64,000 bases of DNA from Crocinitomicaceae bacterium (GCA_044372485.1 JBILRU010000001.1:9709-73708); one strand, 5' to 3'. Positions 50,089-58,549 are shown, counted from the stretch's first letter. Numbers and translations are program-made. Notes: a model not told the origin generated them from the sequence alone.

Positions 50089-52734
50089 TTATCCTTCGAT
50101 TTCTTTACGGATTCCTTCGATTTCAACTTCTAATTTGTCCGTGTCGTAGTCTGTTTCCTCATCGTAGATATCGAAGTAAGGTTCTTCAAATGACTTCACA
50201 AATGAATTGCGTTCAAAGGTTAATAAAAGCGAAGGCAGGATAATTAAATTCGTTACCATACCAACTAGAATGGTAATGGAAACCAATAAACCGAGTCCTT
50301 TCGTTCCTCCAAATTGTGAAAAGACAAACATGATAAATCCAAAGAATAAAATGACTGATGTGTAAAAAATACCTAGCCCAGTTTCTTTCAAAGAAAGTAA
50401 AATGGCATGCTTTACGTCCCAGGAATGCGCACGTAATTCTTGACGGTACTTCGCCAAGAATAGGATGGCGTTATCAACGGTGATTCCTAAAGCAATACCA
50501 AAGACCAAAATAGTTGATGGTTTCAATGGAATTTTGAAGTAACCCATAATTCCAGCTGTGAAAAGCAATGGAATGATATTTGGAATCATGGAAACCACAA
50601 TTATTTTGAATGAACGGAATAAGAATGCCATTAGAATTGCGATAGAAATAATGGCAAACACCAAACTTTGAAGTAGGTTTACAAACAAGTATTTTGTTCC
50701 TTCAGAAACAACTACGGCAGTTCCAGTAAAGGTGGACACATAATATTCTTGGTCAATGGCAGTTCGAAGTACTTTTTTAAAGTTAGGTTTACTCAAGTAA
50801 GGACGGAGATTTTCAGGGTCGAGATCGAAGGACATCTGAACGTTGTTGTTTCCTTTCGAAAGCAAGGTTGTTACATTGTTATAGATGCTTGAATAATTGT
50901 ATACCAAGGAATCAGCTGCGCTTTTGTTTCCCTTGATGTATTTGGTGTATAGTCGCTCAAAATCCTTCTTGTCAGGATTTAAGATGCTATCAACTTTCAG
51001 TCTCAACAAATCTACTTTATCTGATACTTTGTACGATCCTAGTTCACGCATCTGCATGCGAATACGCAAGGTAGTTTTGTTGGTGTCGATAAGGTTTTTC
51101 AAGGAAATATTTCCACCATTCAAACTACTCACATCGAATTTATCGAAATAACGTTTCAATCGTAATTTATCTCTGTTGGATATTAATCGGTAAAATTCCG
51201 GATTGTTTCCATGGTAGCTCATGTTGATGGACTTCAAGAAGTCTACATAGGAGAGGCTTTTCGAGAACAAGGTGTCATGAGCGAATGTTTGTTGAATCTC
51301 CTCGACTTTTTCTAATGTTTTTTGAGAAAATAAGCGCGCCTTTTGTTTGTAATCAACGGTAACTTCAAATGGAATGGATCCACCAAAGTTTTTCTCAATG
51401 AATTTCAAATCGATAAGAATTTGATCATCATTAGGAATGTCCCCCGTAATGTTCCCAGTGGCAATGATTTTTGTCATTCCGTAAAGGCCAATCACGACCA
51501 GTCCTACGGAAGCAACATATACCCAAGTACGGTATTTGCTTACAATAATGATTACATATTCTATAAATCCTTTGGAATAAACACGATACAAGTGCTGTAA
51601 ATGCCTTGGCTTAGGTGGCTTGGAGTAAGAAGCGATGATTGGGATAATGCACAAGGATAGAATAAATACTACCATGATGTTGATGCTGGAAATAATCCCG
51701 AATTGTGCTAGTTTCTCTGAACTCGTGAACGTGACGAATCCAACGGCAGTTGTTAAGTTCGTAAGGAACGTAACAGATCCAATGCGGCGAATCATGATGT
51801 ATAACGCTTTGGTCTTCATGTTCGTACGCACATACTCTTGATGGTACCTTGTAATGAGGAATACACAGTTAGGCACACCAATGACAATTAATAATGGCGG
51901 AATTAAGGCCATCATAATCGATAATTTGTATCCAAACAAGGCAATACTTCCAAGGGCCCATATCACGGAAACAAACACCACGATATTACATTGAATAACC
52001 ACCCGAATGGATCGGAAGAATAAGTACAAAAGCAAAGACGATGCGATAACCGATAGTGCAAGGAAAATATACATTTCACTAACGATTCTCTTACCCATTA
52101 CCACCCGAATGTGCGGGAGTCCAGCGAAGTATGTTTTTCCAAAATAGGGCGAATAAGATTCAGCTAACTTTTCAATTTCAAAGACAACTTTAGATTTCTT
52201 TGGATTGGAAAGGCACTTTTCATTCATGCTAATAAGCAGCAAGGAAACGTTCGTCGAATCATTGTAAAGCATTCCCCTGTAAATCGGATTATGTCTGATC
52301 TCTTTTTTCAGAGAGTCGATGCTTTTTTCTTGAAATGCTGTTTTTGGATCTCCGAAAATCTGGTAAGGATCAAACTTTTGTTCCTTTAGGTTGTTTTTTA
52401 GTCCCCAAAGTGTGGCTTCTGAAATGACATTCTCAACACCATCATACTTTAGAATTTTGTAGGACAACTCTCTCCATTTGGTGAAGTTGCGTTTCGTGTA
52501 AAGAGAATCTGTTTGAATCGCAACAACAATCGTTGAACCATCCTCTCCAAATTCGAGTTTGAATTTTTCGAAGTCCTTTTGAACAGGACTATCCTTTGGC
52601 AGCGTGTTTCCCACACGGTTATCAACCTTCAATGAAGTAAAGGCAAAGTAACCAAAGAAAACAGTCAACAAAGCGATTATCGCTAAGATGTACAGTCGGT
52701 TCCTTAATATGATACTTGCAAATTTACCCCACAT
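50089..52734 (-). CDS. MMPL/RND-superfamily transporter (HpnN-like architecture)
   Basis: 881 aa. Two six-helix bundles are each preceded by a large periplasmic loop. Confidence 0.8.
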   Translation of the reverse strand: MWGKFASIILRNRLYILAIIALLTVFFGYFAFTSLKVDNRVGNTLPKDSPVQKDFEKFKLEFGEDGSTIVVAIQTDSLYTKRNFTKWRELSYKILKYDGVENVISEATLWGLKNNLKEQKFDPYQIFGDPKTAFQEKSIDSLKKEIRHNPIYRGMLYNDSTNVSLLLISMNEKCLSNPKKSKVVFEIEKLAESYSPYFGKTYFAGLPHIRVVMGKRIVSEMYIFLALSVIASSLLLYLFFRSIRVVIQCNIVVFVSVIWALGSIALFGYKLSIMMALIPPLLIVIGVPNCVFLITRYHQEYVRTNMKTKALYIMIRRIGSVTFLTNLTTAVGFVTFTSSEKLAQFGIISSINIMVVFILSLCIIPIIASYSKPPKPRHLQHLYRVYSKGFIEYVIIIVSKYRTWVYVASVGLVVIGLYGMTKIIATGNITGDIPNDDQILIDLKFIEKNFGGSIPFEVTVDYKQKARLFSQKTLEKVEEIQQTFAHDTLFSKSLSYVDFLKSINMSYHGNNPEFYRLISNRDKLRLKRYFDKFDVSSLNGGNISLKNLIDTNKTTLRIRMQMRELGSYKVSDKVDLLRLKVDSILNPDKKDFERLYTKYIKGNKSAADSLVYNYSSIYNNVTTLLSKGNNNVQMSFDLDPENLRPYLSKPNFKKVLRTAIDQEYYVSTFTGTAVVVSEGTKYLFVNLLQSLVFAIISIAILMAFLFRSFKIIVVSMIPNIIPLLFTAGIMGYFKIPLKPSTILVFGIALGITVDNAILFLAKYRQELRAHSWDVKHAILLSLKETGLGIFYTSVILFFGFIMFVFSQFGGTKGLGLLVSITILVGMVTNLIILPSLLLTFERNSFVKSFEEPYFDIYDEETDYDTDKLEVEIEGIRKEIEG

Positions 52735-52773
52735 AGATTGTTTCTATAAAAATCAAGGGGTGAAGTTAAGAAA

Positions 52774-52819
52774 TATTTAGGAGAAACCGAGAAAACCATC
52801 CGTTTAGCACTCCTAAATA
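52774..52819. promoter_or_regulatory. Perfect 10-bp inverted repeat TATTTAGGAG-N26-CTCCTAAATA in the MMPL/alkB divergent region
   Basis: Read directly: arms at 52774-52783 and 52810-52819. Confidence 0.4.
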
Positions 52820-52886
52820 ACCCGAAACTATAAACCAAAGCGGAACAAAAGTGTTATTCTTGTAACTTAATTCGAATCATCATCAA

Positions 52887-53522
52887 GTGAACAAAGACCT
52901 ATTTAGCGATTTAATAGACGGACCAAAGTACTTTGAAAAACATATGCTTGAGGATGGTGAATATTGGTTTATGCGAGATTTTTTAAGCGTGGATCAAGCA
53001 ATACAACAGGAGTCATTGTTACTGAACACCATTGAATGGAAACAAGAAGAGGTCTACGTTTTTGGCAAAAAACACAAAGAGCCAAGAAAAACAGCTTGGT
53101 ATGGAGATGAAAACTGTGTGTATTCCTACGCCGGAAAAACGAATCACCCACTACCATGGACAGAGGCATTATACCAATTAAAAACCGACATTGAAGCACT
53201 GATTCCTGGCACCAACTTTAATAGTGTGTTATTAAATCAATACCGAGACGGGAACGAGAAAATGGGCTGGCATTCGGATAACGAAAAAGAACTTGGAAAG
53301 AATCCGATTATCGCTTCATTGAGTCTAGGGGCCATGCGTTTTTTCGACTTAAAACATAAGCGAATAAATTCGCTCAAGAAACGTTTGGAACTGCCTGCTG
53401 GGTCACTTTTAATCATGTGCGGTTCTACGCAAGAAAACTGGCTGCATCAAGTTCCTCAACAAAAAACAGTGAAAGTACCGCGTATTAATTTGACGTTCAG
53501 AAAAATTGTTTCAGAAAACTGA
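52887..53522 (+). CDS. alkB: Fe(II)/2-oxoglutarate-dependent dioxygenase AlkB
   Basis: 211 aa. Contains the NQYRDGNEKMGWHSD (HxD) motif, WLHQVP and INLTFR. GTG start. Confidence 0.85.
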   Translation: MNKDLFSDLIDGPKYFEKHMLEDGEYWFMRDFLSVDQAIQQESLLLNTIEWKQEEVYVFGKKHKEPRKTAWYGDENCVYSYAGKTNHPLPWTEALYQLKTDIEALIPGTNFNSVLLNQYRDGNEKMGWHSDNEKELGKNPIIASLSLGAMRFFDLKHKRINSLKKRLELPAGSLLIMCGSTQENWLHQVPQQKTVKVPRINLTFRKIVSEN

Positions 53523-53645
53523 AAAATCCCAAACAACCGAAGTCGCTTGGGATTTAACTTTCTCGTGAAAGGTGGAAGCCCATTCACAAGGTTTTCAAAA
53601 ACAAAAAACCCTGACGGTAAAGTCAGGGTTTCGTACTCGAGGCGG
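53516..53645. repeat. 130-bp direct repeat, left copy (alkB stop, full spacer, and 12 nt of the tRNA-Leu 3' end)
   Basis: 129/130 identical to 53988-54117. The only difference is G53617 versus A54089. Confidence 0.95.
53595..53631 (-). terminator. Duplicated copy of the tRNA terminator, now downstream of the GIY-YIG ORF
   Basis: On the minus strand, stem AAACCCTGAC/GTCAGGGTTT followed by TTTTTTGTTTTTG. The GIY-YIG stop codon lies inside the stem. Confidence 0.6.
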
Positions 53646-53952
53646 CCCCGAAGCTTCGGAGTTGCACCCTCACGTTTTTATCAATAATTTCATAAAATAA
53701 TTCAGGGTCCTTTATTATTTTTTCAATGAATATTTTTGATTTCATTCGTTTAATAAAACTTTCTGCGAAGTAGGCATGTAAATTATTTTCAAACGAAAAG
53801 GAACCTTTTAATTGCCAAGGAATCCCCTTAGAAGTAAAACTATTTGGATAAAATGCAGAATTATGTTGTTCAATTCGTTTATCTAGATCAACCGTTGTTC
53901 CAGTATAAATACGATTTAATTTTTCTGAGTAAATGACATAAACGTAGTACAT
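53623..53952 (-). CDS. GIY-YIG nuclease family protein (YhbQ/UPF0213-like, 109 aa)
   Basis: MYYVYVIYSEKLNRIYTGTTVDLDKRIEQHN matches the GIY...YTG...R..QH motif set. The start is ATG 53952. The last 7 sense codons and the stop lie inside the repeat. Confidence 0.8.
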   Translation of the reverse strand: MYYVYVIYSEKLNRIYTGTTVDLDKRIEQHNSAFYPNSFTSKGIPWQLKGSFSFENNLHAYFAESFIKRMKSKIFIEKIIKDPELFYEIIDKNVRVQLRSFGAASSTKP

Positions 53953-53987
53953 ATTTAAATAACGGAAGAACAAAAGATTTCGTATTT

Positions 53988-54117
53988 AAACTGAAAAATC
54001 CCAAACAACCGAAGTCGCTTGGGATTTAACTTTCTCGTGAAAGGTGGAAGCCCATTCACAAGGTTTTCAAAAACAAAAAACCCTGACGATAAAGTCAGGG
54101 TTTCGTACTCGAGGCGG
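53988..54117. repeat. 130-bp direct repeat, right copy (abuts and enters the intact tRNA-Leu)
   Basis: See the left copy. Confidence 0.95.
54067..54103 (-). terminator. Rho-independent terminator of the tRNA-Gly/tRNA-Leu operon
   Basis: Same hairpin and T-run as 53595-53631, located 3 nt after the tRNA-Leu 3' end. Confidence 0.75.
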
Positions 54118-54189
54118 GACTTGAACCCGCACGCCCAAAAGAGCACAGGATTTTAAGTCCGGCGTGTCTACCGATTCCACCACTCGAGC
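54106..54189 (-). tRNA. tRNA-Leu(UAA), class II, CCA not encoded
   Basis: Hand-folded. Acceptor GCTCGAG/CTCGAGT (G1-U72), D-arm GTGGAATCGGTAGACAC, anticodon loop CTTAAAA, long variable arm, T-arm GCGGGTTCAAGTCCCGC. It is very similar to E. coli leuZ as I recall it. Confidence 0.93.
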
Positions 54190-54196
54190 ATAGACG

Positions 54197-54269
<73 letters not shown>

Positions 54270-54339
54270 TTATGTATTCCTAGAAAACCGCTGTTTTCTT
54301 CCACCGCTGGAATCATTTCTGATTTCTTGCTTGGGGTGG

Positions 54340-54369
54340 CAAATTTAAAGTTTTTTTTCGTCTTACAAA
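54340..54369 (-). promoter_or_regulatory. Bacteroidota-type promoter of the tRNA operon
   Basis: The minus strand reads TTTG, an 18-nt spacer, then TAAATTTG. It ends 70 nt upstream of the tRNA-Gly 5' end. Confidence 0.45.
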
Positions 54370-54393
54370 ACTCTTAACAAAAAAAAGAGCGGA

Positions 54394-55101
54394 TTACAGC
54401 TCCTTTCCTCGAAAGACATTAAAGAACCAAGCTAATGGCAGTAATAGGTCATAATTATAAAATAAATCTTCAAATGGAATCGTTCCCATTCGCCAACCAA
54501 TGATATGTTGTTCTGAATACCATACGATTGGATCATCGGTAATTGAACCTGTTAGGATGCCATTTACGATAAAAAATGGAATCAAACATACTATATAAGA
54601 AAGGACAAAGTCTCCATACCATGCTTTCTTGTGTGCAAGGAGTGTTAACACTAAGCTGAAAAATGCAGCTGAAATCGTATAGTAATTGTAGGTGTCTAAT
54701 GTGGAAAAAAAGAATTGTCCACCACCGTAAAATAGAACCATCCTTAAAGAACTCAATCCAATCGTCCATTTGAAAAAGTTTCGGATGAGTTTTGTTTTTC
54801 TATCGGGAAAATAGGCCTTAAGAACTAAGTAAATGAAAATGAAATTATAGGGGACAACAAGGAAAAACAACACCTCTTCTATTGGTAGATGGCCTAGGTA
54901 AATTCCAATAAGGTACTTCGGTGTAAATCCCCAAACGCCTATTCGGGTAAAGAATTCATCCCAAATCAAAAACCCAACCCCAACAATGAGTATGCTTGGG
55001 AAAAGATGCTTCCATGAACGGAAAAAGGCTACTTTCTTATCAAAACTGAGAAGAAATGGACCGATAAAAGAACAAAGTATGACCCAGCCGTACGCACTCA
55101 T
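54394..55101 (-). CDS. Lycopene cyclase domain protein (fused CrtYc/CrtYd type)
   Basis: 235 aa, polytopic, with two similar halves carrying PxEE(x)xFF-like motifs (PIEEVLFFLV, PFEDLFY). Confidence 0.75.
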   Translation of the reverse strand: MSAYGWVILCSFIGPFLLSFDKKVAFFRSWKHLFPSILIVGVGFLIWDEFFTRIGVWGFTPKYLIGIYLGHLPIEEVLFFLVVPYNFIFIYLVLKAYFPDRKTKLIRNFFKWTIGLSSLRMVLFYGGGQFFFSTLDTYNYYTISAAFFSLVLTLLAHKKAWYGDFVLSYIVCLIPFFIVNGILTGSITDDPIVWYSEQHIIGWRMGTIPFEDLFYNYDLLLPLAWFFNVFRGKEL

Positions 55102-55577
55102 CAGTTTCTTTTTTTACGGTAAAATGCGGTACGTGCGTCTTGATAGAATTTTGGGGACACAAACAACATTCCAAAACTTTCACTGTGTTCTTTTCCTAAA
55201 TGCTTATGGTGAACTTTATGTGCTTTTCGGATTGCATAAAAGTAAGGATGATCAATGTCTCTCAGCCATTTGAAACGTCGGTGAATGTAAACATCGTGGA
55301 TTAGAAAATAACTCAATCCATAAGCGGCGATTCCGTAACCAATCCAAACGGGAACATAGGCGTCATTCATCATTCCTAACATGATACATAACCACGATGG
55401 AATGGCATAAATCAAAAAGAATACGTCATTTCGCTCGAAAAACCCTGGTTCTTCCTGATGATGATCCTTATGGAAGTACCACATGAATCCATGCATGACA
55501 AACTTGTGCGTTGCCCAAGCCATGAACTCCATGCCCATGAAACTAGCAAATAATACAAACGGTCCCCACCAATACAT
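55101..55577 (-). CDS. crtZ: Beta-carotene 3-hydroxylase
   Basis: 158 aa. Histidine boxes HKFVMH, HKDHH, HDVYIH and HKVHHKH. Confidence 0.85.
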   Translation of the reverse strand: MYWWGPFVLFASFMGMEFMAWATHKFVMHGFMWYFHKDHHQEEPGFFERNDVFFLIYAIPSWLCIMLGMMNDAYVPVWIGYGIAAYGLSYFLIHDVYIHRRFKWLRDIDHPYFYAIRKAHKVHHKHLGKEHSESFGMLFVSPKFYQDARTAFYRKKRN

Positions 55578-55578
55578 G

Positions 55579-56199
55579 TTAAAAGAGTAAAAGAGTAAAA
55601 AATATGAACATCATTAAAAACAAGGATTCAGCTACTTTGTTCACTTCAGCTAACTTCATCCGCTGGTAAATCCATTGAAGTAAATAAGAAACGCCCATCC
55701 AACAAATAAAATTGTAAATAGGAATTTGTCCATTTGTCCATTGCCAATAGTCAAGCTTGATAGCCACAGGCTCCAAGATGTAATCGAATAACACCATCAA
55801 AGTGGCCGCTAAAATAGACTCGATGTGTTTATTAAATTGAAAACGATGGATAATTGCTGAACTTGTAACAGCTAAAATCCCCCAATTCAAACCAATAATA
55901 AGTGGTACACCGTACCACTTCCATCCCAAACTATTTCCGTAATAATATGATCCAAATAAATAAGATGTATGCACGCCAATTAACTCTACGGTAATTCCAA
56001 TGACGAAGGCAATAGATAAAAATAATACGAATGTTAAGGGTTTCGTTTTTCTGCTTAGGATTAAGGCCCCGAAGGAAATGGCTAAGTTTAATGCGGATAG
56101 TTGAACAAACCATGTCCTAGTAGAGGGCATGAGCATTCCAACTGCGCCAACGACGTAGAGTATCAAGAGGACAATTCTAATCCAACGTTCACTTATCAT
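55579..56199 (-). CDS. Carotenoid biosynthesis membrane protein (DUF422/PF04240, CruF-like, by recall)
   Basis: About 206 aa, polytopic, containing ELIGVHT..LFG.Y.Y...LG.K..GVPLIIGLNW. ATG 56199 gives an ATGA overlap with the upstream SDR gene. Confidence 0.6.
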   Translation of the reverse strand: MISERWIRIVLLILYVVGAVGMLMPSTRTWFVQLSALNLAISFGALILSRKTKPLTFVLFLSIAFVIGITVELIGVHTSYLFGSYYYGNSLGWKWYGVPLIIGLNWGILAVTSSAIIHRFQFNKHIESILAATLMVLFDYILEPVAIKLDYWQWTNGQIPIYNFICWMGVSYLLQWIYQRMKLAEVNKVAESLFLMMFIFFTLLLF

Positions 56200-57215
56200 A
56201 ACCAACGTTTTTTGACGAAAGCACTTCCTTTCAGCACATTTTCAATGGTATCATCCAATGTGTGAAAGTGTATAGGAATAGCCTTTTCTATTTTAGAACG
56301 ATCATAGCTAATCGTTTTATATCCCGAATGCACGGATTCAATACTAATCCCGCTGCTTTTCCCAAGGATATGACCTAGCAGCTCATTGATCAATGCATAA
56401 AACAGCGCGATGAATTTTGGCGATGAATAACGCGGGGATTTCTTTCCTAATTTTTCACTCAGTTTGCTAAATAATTCTTTAAAAGTCAAATTCGGACCCA
56501 CACATAAAAAACGCTCTTTTGAAATGTTGGATTTCATGAGCTGAAACATGGCATTTGCCACGTCTCTTGCGTCAACAATGGCATTGGAACCCGGTGGATA
56601 AAATGGCATTCCTTTTTTTGCCGCTTTAAAAATCGCTAAGGAACTACTATTCCAATCTCCTGGACCAAAAATCACACACGGATTAATAATGACCGCATTT
56701 AATCCTTCTTCTATTCCACGCCAAACCTCTTTCTCCGCTAAAAATTTAGAAACGGAGTAACCGCTAACCTCAGATCCTGGCTCCCACTTGTTTGATTCCG
56801 TGCTCGCTCCTTTCGAATTGACTCCTATGGCCGCGGTTGAACTGACATAACAAAGTTTTTCTACCTTATTTCTTAAGGAGAAGTTCACCACATTTGCTGT
56901 AGCTATGCGGTTATGTTGAATACATGCTTCAAAGTCAGCTTTAAAGAATGAAACTAATGCCGCACAATGGTAAACATGGCTTATTTCGGACATGGCCGTT
57001 TCAAACAATGAGATGTCCAATAAATCACAGTAAACCCATTCGATGGCATTCCATTTTTCTTCTGCTCTCTCTTGAAAGTAATAGTCAAAAAGCCCGCGAA
57101 CATCTTCGATTTTAGCCTTGGTTCGGTATAGCGCGCGACAAGATTCGCCTTTTTCTGCCAATTGAATTAACAAGTGGCTTCCCAACAATCCTGTGGCTCC
57201 TGTGACTAAAATCAT
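56196..57215 (-). CDS. NAD(P)-dependent epimerase/dehydratase-family SDR
   Basis: MILVTGATGLLGSHL Rossmann motif and a YSVSK catalytic motif. Confidence 0.8.
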   Translation of the reverse strand: MILVTGATGLLGSHLLIQLAEKGESCRALYRTKAKIEDVRGLFDYYFQERAEEKWNAIEWVYCDLLDISLFETAMSEISHVYHCAALVSFFKADFEACIQHNRIATANVVNFSLRNKVEKLCYVSSTAAIGVNSKGASTESNKWEPGSEVSGYSVSKFLAEKEVWRGIEEGLNAVIINPCVIFGPGDWNSSSLAIFKAAKKGMPFYPPGSNAIVDARDVANAMFQLMKSNISKERFLCVGPNLTFKELFSKLSEKLGKKSPRYSSPKFIALFYALINELLGHILGKSSGISIESVHSGYKTISYDRSKIEKAIPIHFHTLDDTIENVLKGSAFVKKRWL

Positions 57216-57241
57216 ACGGTAAAGCTAGGTATTAAACTCTA

Positions 57242-58549
57242 TTATTGGTAAATGGCTTTCAACCCTTCTTTTATTTGTTCAGCAGAAAATGCCAATTGTT
57301 CATGTGTATGTGCACTTGAAATAAATCCAACTTCATATCCAGATGGACCAAAGTAAACACCTCGGTTCAATAAAAAGTGATGTAATTTATTAAAGGAAGT
57401 CATGTCGGCATCTATTTGATCTGCAGCTGCGATGCGTTTTTTACCGTTGAACGAAAACCAAAAAATGGATCCAATGCTTACTAATTCAACGGGCAATGCA
57501 TGCGTATTTGCAAAATTATTGATATCCTCGACAAACGTTTTTGTCTTCTTTTCAAGGTCTTCATAGAAATTTTCTTGCACACACAGAGACAACTGTGCAA
57601 TTCCAGCAGCCATCGCTACAGGATTCCCTGATAATGTTCCCGCTTGATAAACCGGCCCATCGGGAGAAACGAAGGACATAATCTCACTTTTTGCACCATA
57701 TGCTCCAACGGGAAGACCTCCACCCATAATTTTACCGTAGGTAACAATGTCCGGAGTGATGTTGTAATATTCAGCTGCGCCACCGAAAGCCACACGGAAC
57801 CCAGAGATAACTTCATCAAAAATCAAGAGAATGCCATATTCTGTGCACAATGCACGCAAAGCAGTTAAAAAACTCAAGTCTTGCAAAAGTAATCCGTTAT
57901 TTGCAGGAATTGGTTCGATAATCACACAAGCAATTTCGGTGGAAAGATTTTTGAAACATGTTTTTAGTGCGTCAAGATCGTTCAAAGGAAGAACAATTGT
58001 TTCATTGGCAAATGCTTCTGGAACTCCTGCACTTGATGAGGTTCCAAATGTCACTAGTCCACTTCCGGCTTTAACTAGAAGCGCGTCTACGTGGCCATGG
58101 TAGCACCCGTCGAATTTCACTATTTTCGTTTTGTTCGTATATCCTCGAGCCAAACGTATAGCAGACATCACAGCTTCTGTTCCCGAACTAAGAAATCGCA
58201 ACTTATCTATAAATGGAATTCGATCCAAGATTAATTTTGCTAATTCACTTTCTTTTCGTGTTGGCGCCCCAAAACTCGCCCCGTTTTGTAAGGTTTCAAC
58301 AACGGACTGAAAGATATGTGGGTGATTATGCCCGTTAATTAATGGCCCCCAACTACCACAAAAGTCCACAAAATGATTTCCGTCTTCATCCCATATTTCC
58401 GATCCATTACCCTTCGCAATGAACAGTGGAGTTCCTCCAACCGACTTAAATGCGCGAACAGGAGAATTTACTCCGCCAGGAAAATAGGTTAGAGATTCCT
58501 GAAATAGTTTTTCAGATGTGCTTCGGTTAATGGAATGATCGATCTTCAT
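57242..58549 (-). CDS. hemL: Glutamate-1-semialdehyde 2,1-aminomutase
   Basis: FPGGVNSPVRAF, LIFDEVISGFR and YGKIMGGGLP motifs. Confidence 0.95.
   Translation of the reverse strand: MKIDHSINRSTSEKLFQESLTYFPGGVNSPVRAFKSVGGTPLFIAKGNGSEIWDEDGNHFVDFCGSWGPLINGHNHPHIFQSVVETLQNGASFGAPTRKESELAKLILDRIPFIDKLRFLSSGTEAVMSAIRLARGYTNKTKIVKFDGCYHGHVDALLVKAGSGLVTFGTSSSAGVPEAFANETIVLPLNDLDALKTCFKNLSTEIACVIIEPIPANNGLLLQDLSFLTALRALCTEYGILLIFDEVISGFRVAFGGAAEYYNITPDIVTYGKIMGGGLPVGAYGAKSEIMSFVSPDGPVYQAGTLSGNPVAMAAGIAQLSLCVQENFYEDLEKKTKTFVEDINNFANTHALPVELVSIGSIFWFSFNGKKRIAAADQIDADMTSFNKLHHFLLNRGVYFGPSGYEVGFISSAHTHEQLAFSAEQIKEGLKAIYQ

Larger units (their letters stand above)
53516..54117. mobile_element. Putative mini-insertion: 342-bp GIY-YIG cassette (53646-53987) plus flanking 130-bp duplication
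   Basis: A-X-A structure with an AT-rich X, no recombinase and no terminal inverted repeats. A 12-bp palindrome CCGAAGCTTCGG starts 3 nt inside the cassette, past the left junction. Confidence 0.4.

Noticed and set aside
53634-53700. Possibility that repeat copy 1 ends in a second (pseudo) tRNA-Leu gene.
   Set aside because: Only 12 nt (TACTCGAGGCGG) match the tRNA. The sequence beyond 53645 diverges completely and cannot form a T-arm.
53955-54146. 63-aa minus-strand ORF from the track (MLFWACGFKSRLEY...).
   Set aside because: It runs through the 3' half of tRNA-Leu and the 130-bp repeat. Its composition is unlike a real protein, so I treat it as a by-product of the tRNA and spacer sequence.
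54106-54189. Possibility of a group I intron with a GIY-YIG homing endonuclease. tRNA-Leu(UAA) is the classic intron host in cyanobacteria.
   Set aside because: The anticodon loop CTTAAAA is uninterrupted and the tRNA folds intact. The GIY-YIG gene lies outside the tRNA and is of the short YhbQ-like type, without a DNA-binding extension.
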